Shown here piece after piece: positions 1 to 7,112 of a stretch of 25,911 bases of DNA. The position numbers and the translations under genes were made by a program. The notes beneath the pieces were generated by a model, which saw only the letters and a list, made by a program, of their open reading frames with translations, was not told where the DNA came from and searched no databases. Origin of the DNA: Oligoflexales bacterium (GTDB lineage: Bacteria > Bdellovibrionota_B > Oligoflexia > Oligoflexales > CAIYRB01); NCBI GenBank assembly GCA_041736175.1, contig JBGSUI010000179.1, positions 1 through 25,911 of the forward strand. The letters run 5' to 3'. Numbering within the stretch: the first letter of the stretch is position 1; the number at the start of each line of letters is the position of its first letter.

Positions 1-9
1 ACAGCCAGC

Positions 10-127
10 GGAGGAGTTAAGGGCCCACCGGGTCCTGACCGCCCCTCCAGGACTCAAGTTGCACGCCGGAAACGGACATCAACTGAGAGCGAAGGACCGA
101 CCCCATGCAGATCCAGGTTTGCATAGG
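10..127. other. Structured non-coding region with three consecutive hairpins; candidate ncRNA, leader or mobile-element end, probably truncated by the window edge
   Basis: Hairpin 1: GGAGG(10-14)/CCTCC(44-48) enclosing AGGGCCC-acc-GGGTCCT(20-36). Hairpin 2: CTC+AGTTG(53-61)/CAACT+GAG(80-87) capped by CCG-GAAA-CGG. Hairpin 3: ATGCAGAT-ccag-GTTTGCAT(105-124). No convincing ORF. Confidence 0.45.
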
Positions 128-188
128 TTTTTCGGAGCGGCTTAAACTCAGAGCAAACCCAACAGCACACCAAAGAAGGGAATCGTAG

Positions 189-1085
189 ATGCCACAAGGA
201 TTGTTTGGTGATGATGTTTTTATTGAAAAAAATGGTGAAAGCAAAATTGTAAATGTTGCCTCAGTGCCTCAAAGAAGTCCTTTTCGATATCCAGGTGGGA
301 AGACTTGGTTTGTACCAACGCTGCGCAAATGGTTGCAAAGTAAACGTATCCAACCAAAGTTGCTTATCGAACCCTTCGCAGGAGGCGGCATCGTTGGTTT
401 AACAACTGCATTTGAAAAAAGGGCCGACAAAGTGCTGTTAGTTGAGAGAGACCCCTATGTGGCATCGGTTTGGACGGTATTGATTCACGGAAACTTTGAA
501 AAACTTGCAAGTCGAATTTTGAAATTTGAACTGAATATTCATAACGTACAGGAGGCACTCTCTAGTCCTGCAACTTCAATCGACGATAAAGCTTTTCAAA
601 CAATACTCCGGAATCGTGTAAGCCATGGCGGAATAATGGCTCCTGGGTCTGGGTTCATAAAGAACGGGGAAAATGGCAAGGGTATATCTTCACGATGGTA
701 CCCGGAGACTTTGGCACGAAGAATCCGAGACATTGGAATGGTTCGCGAGAAAATTAAGTTTGTCGAGGGGGACGCACTAGAGTTAATCAGCCCCTACCTG
801 GATGACCCGCAGACTGTTTTTTTCGTAGACCCTCCTTACACCGCGGCCGGAAAGAAAGCTGGCCGAAGACTTTACGCACATTCTGGCCTCGATCATGAAA
901 GATTGCTCGACATGTTTGTTAACGCCAGGTCCGATTTCCTTTTTACTTATGACAATTCAGACGATCTCATTGACATGGCTAAGAGTCGCAGTTTTGAAGC
1001 CAAATTAATCCCAATGAAAAGCACGCACCATGCCAAAATGAGCGAGCTTATTGTAAGTAAGAACCTGGATTGGCTGACGCCATGA
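189..1085 (+). CDS. D12-class (Dam-like, alpha group) DNA N6-adenine methyltransferase
   Basis: Motif X PFRYPGGK, motif I EPFAGGG and catalytic DPPY in alpha-group order; RBS-like GAAGGGA upstream. Confidence 0.93.
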   Translation: MPQGLFGDDVFIEKNGESKIVNVASVPQRSPFRYPGGKTWFVPTLRKWLQSKRIQPKLLIEPFAGGGIVGLTTAFEKRADKVLLVERDPYVASVWTVLIHGNFEKLASRILKFELNIHNVQEALSSPATSIDDKAFQTILRNRVSHGGIMAPGSGFIKNGENGKGISSRWYPETLARRIRDIGMVREKIKFVEGDALELISPYLDDPQTVFFVDPPYTAAGKKAGRRLYAHSGLDHERLLDMFVNARSDFLFTYDNSDDLIDMAKSRSFEAKLIPMKSTHHAKMSELIVSKNLDWLTP

Positions 1086-1969
1086 GTAGGTCAAAACCGG
1101 CAAAGCATCCTTTAGCAGAGGTCTTTGGATTCAAAACCACAGACCGAAGCTCTAAGGCTCGAAAGCATCGCGACGAAGAAATATGCCCATTTAACAATGG
1201 TGTGGATAAATGCACAAAAGACAAAAAAGATGCGCCTTTGGGGGTTTGCAGCATCTTCGCTAATGATAGTCCAGTCATTATTTGCCCAATTCGCTTTCGC
1301 GAGGGCTGGAAAATATGCCGAGACGCTGCGGACTTTTTCTTTAAAGCTGGTCAGACCTTCACTGCGTTAAAAGAAGTTCGCCTAAAGGAGAAAACTAGCA
1401 GGTCTGCCGGAAACGTTGATCTTATTATCGCAAGGCATGATTCGAATGGAAAGGTATTGGACTTCGGGGCCGTTGAAATTCAGGCCGTGTATGTTTCAGG
1501 CAATATCAGAAATCCGTTTGAATATTTCATGGATGATCCCGAAAATCGCGCAGATTTTGACTGGACTCTAAAGCCTCACTTTCCTAGACCAGATTTTCTT
1601 TCTTCCTCTCGAAAACGACTAGCACCGCAAATGATTTATAAGGGCAAGATTCTGAGAGCTTGGGGAAAGAAATTAGCTGTGGTCGTTGATGGCCCCTTTT
1701 TCAAAACGTTACCCAAGATGGTAGCTACCACTAAGGAAAAAGCCGAAGTCTGCTGGTTAGTTTACGACCTTATCGAGGCGGGAGCGCGATTTGAAATGAC
1801 CCTGTCTAAGACCATTTATACGACTTGGAATGAGGTGTTTAAAAGTATAACCAATCCCGAAATCGGGGACGTAAACGATTTTATATCTGTGCTCGAAAAA
1901 AAGTTGTCGCCCGTGGTTCTGGAGCCAACGTTTGAACCGAACTTGGTATTTGAATGGGACTCCCTTTGA
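1082..1969 (+). CDS. NotI-family type II restriction endonuclease
   Basis: Four-Cys cluster CPF..CTK..GVCS..IICPIRF like the NotI metal-binding domain; catalytic E..GNVD..EIQ. ATG 1082 overlaps the MTase stop (ATGA), so preferred over TTG 1070. Confidence 0.85.
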   Translation: MSRSKPAKHPLAEVFGFKTTDRSSKARKHRDEEICPFNNGVDKCTKDKKDAPLGVCSIFANDSPVIICPIRFREGWKICRDAADFFFKAGQTFTALKEVRLKEKTSRSAGNVDLIIARHDSNGKVLDFGAVEIQAVYVSGNIRNPFEYFMDDPENRADFDWTLKPHFPRPDFLSSSRKRLAPQMIYKGKILRAWGKKLAVVVDGPFFKTLPKMVATTKEKAEVCWLVYDLIEAGARFEMTLSKTIYTTWNEVFKSITNPEIGDVNDFISVLEKKLSPVVLEPTFEPNLVFEWDSL

Positions 1970-2039
1970 AGGCGCTTGGCATCGCCGAACACCCATTTTC
2001 TCTCCTTAACCTCACCAGGTATCGGAGTTAGGTAAGTGG

Positions 2040-2489
2040 CTATTGTCCCATAATTTTACCCACAAGCTCAACACCGAACTGCTTTTCAAGCTGGGTCAGG
2101 CAGCCTTCCCAGGCATTGAGGTCAGTTTTGTCAATCTGTACGATCTGTACACCGAGCCGCGTGGTGGCACCTTGCTGCTCGCCGACCTCGCCTTTATCGA
2201 TCTCGCGCCGGACTACTTTTCCAAGGCATGTAAGAGGCTTTCCTAGATAGGTTCCCGATGGGTCGATGACCATTTCAAGGAGAGTGTTGACATTAAAAGG
2301 CATCGTCGTGTCTCGGTCCCATACCAAGAGAAGTCCCGATCGGGAGACGTCTTCGGTATAAAACTGATAGGCAGCGCTGGTTCCGATGGTTTTTGACTCT
2401 ACTTGGAGATCGATGGGAACCCGAGGGGCCCTGACCCTAAGTTTGTTAGGACGTACGAGGCGCGCATATTGGCTAAAACTGGTGCTCAT
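2040..2489 (-). CDS. Stand-alone PilZ-domain protein
   Basis: RVRAPR then DVSRSG (DxSxxG), GKVVR and LGVQI strands; AGAGGAG RBS before ATG 2489. Confidence 0.8.
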   Translation of the reverse strand: MSTSFSQYARLVRPNKLRVRAPRVPIDLQVESKTIGTSAAYQFYTEDVSRSGLLLVWDRDTTMPFNVNTLLEMVIDPSGTYLGKPLTCLGKVVRREIDKGEVGEQQGATTRLGVQIVQIDKTDLNAWEGCLTQLEKQFGVELVGKIMGQ

Positions 2490-2677
2490 TTTTGGTACTC
2501 CTCTATAAAATGATTCATTCGACACACATTACCCCCATCGAACGCTCCGTCCTTTAACTTAAGGAGCAGATTTTTTTGCAATAAATACAATAAATTGGAT
2601 TAGGCCCTAAAATTCTGCTTCAATCATTTGGCGTAGCGGTTTCCGTCGACCGCCTCGTCAAGTCAAGGAGTAAGACC

Positions 2678-3310
2678 ATGGATCTGTTTGAGGCCATCTA
2701 CAAACGTCGCGACATCAGGCATTTTAAAAAAGATCCTGTTGAACCTACAAAACTGATCAAGATCCTAGACGCAGCCCATCACGCAGGTTCCGTAGGGTTT
2801 ATGCAGCCTTGGAAATTTATCGTGATTGAGTCCCTGGCAACAAAAACAAAAGTCCATGAGAGCTTCCTAAAATGTAATCAAGAAGCCCAAGCCAACTATA
2901 CTGGCGAACGTCAACAGCTTTACCAAAGACTCAAGCTAGAAGGGATCTTAGAGGCACCACTTAACCTAGCAGTAACCTGCCAGCACTCCGTCGAGTCAGG
3001 CGAGCCAGTCCTTGGTAAACAATCGATGCCCGAAATGGATGTCTTTAGCACCTGCTGCGCCATCCAAAATCTTTGGTTGGCCGCCCGCGCCGAGGGGCTG
3101 GGTCTCGGGTGGGTTTCGATCCTCGATCCAACTCTGATAAAAGAGGTGTTAAATATCCCCCATGAGGTTAGTTTAGTGGGCTATTTTTGTTTAGGTTATC
3201 CAGAAAAATTCGATTCAGAACCACTTTTGCAAAAAGTGGGTTGGCGACACCGATTGCCTCTACGGGAGGTGGTCTTTCGGGAAACCTGGGCACAGGGCGG
3301 CTTGGATTAA
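2678..3310 (+). CDS. bluB: 5,6-dimethylbenzimidazole synthase (nitroreductase fold)
   Basis: RRDIRHF, AAHHAGSVGFMQPW, LKLEGILEAPLNL, STCCAIQNLWLAARAEGLGLGWVSIL; AAGGAG RBS. Confidence 0.92.
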   Translation: MDLFEAIYKRRDIRHFKKDPVEPTKLIKILDAAHHAGSVGFMQPWKFIVIESLATKTKVHESFLKCNQEAQANYTGERQQLYQRLKLEGILEAPLNLAVTCQHSVESGEPVLGKQSMPEMDVFSTCCAIQNLWLAARAEGLGLGWVSILDPTLIKEVLNIPHEVSLVGYFCLGYPEKFDSEPLLQKVGWRHRLPLREVVFRETWAQGGLD

Positions 3311-3416
3311 ATTTAGATCTCATTGGGCACATAGTTCTATGTAGACTCGTCTATAATGGACAAGAGGGACTTGTGGCTTTTTTTAAGTCCTCGATTTTAT
3401 TAAAAAGAGGTGTTTT

Positions 3417-4406
3417 ATGTTGAACTTAAGCTTGGCAAATAGATTTTTAAAAAATGCGGCCAGGACGACTCTGATGTTAGGGGTGTTTGGCCTCGCCGGT
3501 TGCGAAGGCAGCCTCTTGAAAGTTCTCGGCACGGGTCAGAAATCTTTGTCGAGCGACCGAGAGCCTCTCTTGATTGGGCCCGTGGATAGGCTCGCACCCC
3601 TTTATATTTCGGAGGAAGAAAAACCAGTTCCTCTTTATGTGATGCTCCATGGATACGGATCATCAGGTCAATCTACTGCGAGATTTCTCAATATCCAAGA
3701 TTCAATCGACAAAATCGGGGGACATCTCCTTGTGCCAGAAGGGCGGACTAATGGCGAAGGTAGGCGCTTTTGGGATGCCACGCCAGCATGCTGTGAGGCT
3801 GAGTCGTCCCAGACTGATCAGGATGAGATTTACTTAAAGGCTCTTATTGAAGAAGCAAAGGCAGCCCTACCAGGAAGGATTGAGTCGGTCACCCTGGTCG
3901 GTTATTCCAATGGAAGCTTTATGTCCCAGCGGATGGCCTGTCGTCAGAGTGGATTGATCGATCGAGTGATCTCATTTGTTGGCGCGGGGTATGCAAGCCC
4001 AGAAGAATGCCAGCTTCCTGGTAGGGTTGTAAACCCAGTGACTATGATTCATATCCATGGAGAATGGGATTCGGTGGTGTTCTATGGAGGGGGTACGCTT
4101 CGAGGTGCATCACCCTATCCCTCGGCTCCCCAGACCTTGGCGACCTGGGCGATTCTTAATGGATGTTCGGGCGAGGCTGTCGATGAACCTCGATCTTTGG
4201 AATTATCTTTTGAAGGAGTCGAAGTCTGGCGTGACCCACCTCCTGAAGGCGTCGAAGATCTCCCGCTAGAAACCGATGCAAAGCGCTACCAAAATTGTCG
4301 GGTGCCGACGATGCTTCTGACAATGCGTGGTTTAGCTCATATTCCCCGGTATCGCCCCGATATTCTCGAATTTCTAGTCTCAGAAGTCATTCCAAAATTG
4401 AACTAA
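3417..4406 (+). CDS. Lipoprotein alpha/beta-hydrolase, PHB-depolymerase/LpqC-like esterase
   Basis: Lipobox LAGC; LHGYG, WDATPACC, GYSNG nucleophile elbow, HGEWD, C-terminal His; GAGGTG RBS. Confidence 0.82.
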   Translation: MLNLSLANRFLKNAARTTLMLGVFGLAGCEGSLLKVLGTGQKSLSSDREPLLIGPVDRLAPLYISEEEKPVPLYVMLHGYGSSGQSTARFLNIQDSIDKIGGHLLVPEGRTNGEGRRFWDATPACCEAESSQTDQDEIYLKALIEEAKAALPGRIESVTLVGYSNGSFMSQRMACRQSGLIDRVISFVGAGYASPEECQLPGRVVNPVTMIHIHGEWDSVVFYGGGTLRGASPYPSAPQTLATWAILNGCSGEAVDEPRSLELSFEGVEVWRDPPPEGVEDLPLETDAKRYQNCRVPTMLLTMRGLAHIPRYRPDILEFLVSEVIPKLN

Positions 4407-4420
4407 AATTAGTTTTGGAG

Positions 4421-5689
4421 TCAAAAGTCTAGGGACAACGATCCAAGGTATCTAGTGTCTTGGATCGGTTTGCTTGTACTAGAGACATCTCGGCCAAAAG
4501 CAGCCACATCAAGGGCGAGGACTCCTAGATTGACACTCATCCCCGCAGTGGGAAAGCCTTGAGAGTATCCCGTGCGTAACGAGAAAGGCGAGGGCAGGAG
4601 AGGGTTACCGACAAAAAACTCTGCGCCAGCATGGATGAGTTTACTGACTTCGACTCCCTGGAGGCCATAACTACCACTGACGCTGTCCCCTGCTGGTATA
4701 TGGTGACCATCAATCGCGAGACGGACTGCAAGTTTTTGCGTGAGCCGGGGCGTAATCGAAACCCCAACACGAATGTCGGTTGGATCCACAGTCGAAATGG
4801 CATCTGCATTGGCGAAATCGCCAGAAAAGACTGTGCCGCAGACTCGTTCAGGCTTTTCAGTAAAGGGATTGAGGTAGTTTGATTTACATCCTACGGGCAG
4901 GTTTAGAACTGCCATTCCAAGAGTAGGAAACCAGAAATCACCGAGTGTCATCATGATTCCAGCATCTGCGGCCACAGCTTGGGATTTATTGGCTCCCGCC
5001 TTGAGTCGCTCGGTCATGACGCCTTTGTTGAGCAAGTCTTGGGATGGGATCCGGTCCTCATAGGCGTAGCGGGCTATGGGTCTTGCTTGGACTCCTATAT
5101 TAAAGCGGTTGGCCATCGTGGTAAAACCCAAGCTGAGGACTCCGCCTACATCAGACACCGCCTCAATACGGGCTATTTCGGGAGTCTCGCTGGGGATTAC
5201 GATTTTAGCTGTTGTATTTGAAAGGAGACCAAAGGCCATGGGCTCTTCGCGACCAGCGTTAAAAAGGGTCACCGGAAAAGCTGCCGCCCGAGCCCAAAAG
5301 GGCTTGTTAGCAAGATTTTGGGCTTCGGCTACGATCTCATCGACGCTTTTTTCCGCAGACCCCTGGTAGGCCTTGCTGAAGTTATAACCGTCGCTATTAG
5401 TGCCGCCGATCACGTTTGGAAATTTTACAAGGCTAAAAGCCCCCCTCGAGCGGGCTTTGCGAACCCGACCTATACCCGCAGGATTGGTCCAAATAGCATT
5501 TTCATCATTAGCCACAGCGGTAAAGGCATCCCCCATTCCGATAGGACGGACACCAGTAAAATGCTCTGGGATCTCTTCAGAATAAGCAAAAGGAGAAAAA
5601 TAAATTGAAAATATATAAACAATTAATAATTGATTTAAACCACTGGATCGGCGGTGTCTTGTGAAGTTAATGTTAAAGTGATTTACCAT
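4421..5689 (-). CDS. Outer-membrane beta-barrel, TraF-like/FadL-PorV superfamily
   Basis: Signal peptide; RPIGMGDAFTAVANDENAIWTNPAG hatch motif; amphipathic strands; terminal Phe (LSLDF). Confidence 0.75.
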   Translation of the reverse strand: MVNHFNINFTRHRRSSGLNQLLIVYIFSIYFSPFAYSEEIPEHFTGVRPIGMGDAFTAVANDENAIWTNPAGIGRVRKARSRGAFSLVKFPNVIGGTNSDGYNFSKAYQGSAEKSVDEIVAEAQNLANKPFWARAAAFPVTLFNAGREEPMAFGLLSNTTAKIVIPSETPEIARIEAVSDVGGVLSLGFTTMANRFNIGVQARPIARYAYEDRIPSQDLLNKGVMTERLKAGANKSQAVAADAGIMMTLGDFWFPTLGMAVLNLPVGCKSNYLNPFTEKPERVCGTVFSGDFANADAISTVDPTDIRVGVSITPRLTQKLAVRLAIDGHHIPAGDSVSGSYGLQGVEVSKLIHAGAEFFVGNPLLPSPFSLRTGYSQGFPTAGMSVNLGVLALDVAAFGRDVSSTSKPIQDTRYLGSLSLDF

Positions 5690-5965
5690 ATGTTTTAACT
5701 CTTGTGTACCGGGTCGGGCCCAAAGGCCGGGACAATGCTTAAGACTCTTCTAATGTCATCGACGGAATCTGCGGATCACTCAATGTTCTGAGGTAAAAAG
5801 TGTTTAATAATAGATAGATAACTTTTATAAACCGGGTGGTTTGAGATCGGGGGTTAGGGGATGATACAATCATTGGTATCCGACCATTGGACTCAATTCT
5901 TGCCTTAGAATGTTTGTTTATCTGTAAATAGATTCAAAAATTTCGCTTAAAAAAGGGGGATACCC

Positions 5966-7084
5966 TTGGACCGAGAAAGATGGAGCAGTGTGATCCTGCT
6001 CTTTTGGCTTCTGGGATATCCCTTAGGTGCGCAGGCTGAAGAGCAATCCCGCATTCTTGAATCAAGCCGGGCACTGGGGCGTGGTAACACGTTTGTGGCT
6101 GCTTTTGACTCAGACGAGGCCACTCGCGCCAATCCCGGGACTCTTTCAGAAGAAAAACTGACCTTCCAGCTGCGTTGGCTGCAAACAGATGTGTTTGTGG
6201 GAGAAAATACTTTAGATACAGCTTCTGATTTTGCCTCGTTAGCCAGTGGTAGCAGTTCGTCGATCACCGGTGTCTTAGATACTTTTGCCGATAAATTTGG
6301 GAAACGGCAGTATATGCGCGGGCAGTTTGCCCCCTTTGCCATGAGGATCTATGCTTTTGAATTTTCGCCCTTTATTTCGACCAGAGCGACGGCTGATATG
6401 CGGGTGCCCACCACACCTGAGGTTAACCTCAATGCCGAGTCGACCACGGGGGTCAATATCGCTTATGGGACCGTTGTCGGCAAGGATCTCGTTGCCGGGA
6501 TCACGGTGCGCCCCATGCACCGCAACCTTTTTAGCGGCGAAGCCTCTTTTTCGAGTGTCTTAGATTTCGTCGACTCATCCGAGCTTACATTGACCGATTT
6601 GTTTGTTCAGGAAGAAGGCTTCCAAATCGGAGTGGATCTCGGATTAATCTACAAACCTTCAAAAGAAAATCGGTTTGGACTTATTGTGGAAAATCTCGGT
6701 TATGCAGGCAATTTTTCGGAATTTAAAAACCCGCCACCGCCGATGCCATCGAAAATCCATTTGGGTTGGTTGTCGCGAACCGATTTCAAACCATGGCATT
6801 GGGATTTTTTACTTGATATCCATGATGTCACCAACCCAGAGGCTCTGGATTTTTTGAGATTGGTTCACCTGGGAACCGAACTCGGAACCAGCTATATCAG
6901 CCGAGATCATGATATCGGAGCTTTAGCTGGAATAAATGAAGGATACTTTACCTTTGGAAGTTTTATCGATCTTTGGGTCACGCGACTCAATTTTTCTTAT
7001 TATGCTGTGGAATTGGGGGAATATGCTGGCCAGAGAAAAGATCGACGTTGGGGTCTGACGCTGCTGTCATCGATGACTTTTTAG
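5966..7084 (+). CDS. Outer-membrane beta-barrel, TraF-like/FadL-PorV superfamily (distant relative of 4421-5689)
   Basis: Signal peptide ending AQA; RALGRGNTFVAAFDSDEATRANPG motif; terminal Phe; TTG start with AAGGGGGA RBS. Confidence 0.72.
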   Translation: MDRERWSSVILLFWLLGYPLGAQAEEQSRILESSRALGRGNTFVAAFDSDEATRANPGTLSEEKLTFQLRWLQTDVFVGENTLDTASDFASLASGSSSSITGVLDTFADKFGKRQYMRGQFAPFAMRIYAFEFSPFISTRATADMRVPTTPEVNLNAESTTGVNIAYGTVVGKDLVAGITVRPMHRNLFSGEASFSSVLDFVDSSELTLTDLFVQEEGFQIGVDLGLIYKPSKENRFGLIVENLGYAGNFSEFKNPPPPMPSKIHLGWLSRTDFKPWHWDFLLDIHDVTNPEALDFLRLVHLGTELGTSYISRDHDIGALAGINEGYFTFGSFIDLWVTRLNFSYYAVELGEYAGQRKDRRWGLTLLSSMTF

Positions 7085-7112
7085 CAAACATAAATTAGGA
7101 AAGTGCTGCATT

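Noticed and set aside
17..244. 75-aa minus-strand ORF
   Set aside because: Overlaps the MTase start antisense; no recognisable motif, e.g. no C-protein HTH.
2526..2677. Cobalamin riboswitch or sigma54 promoter before bluB
   Set aside because: No B12-box seen; TTGGCGT-N5-TTTC lacks the -12 GC.
4421..7084. Conjugation or type IX secretion locus
   Set aside because: Only the barrel family motif is present; no VirB4/VirD4, relaxase or Por/Gld genes in the window.
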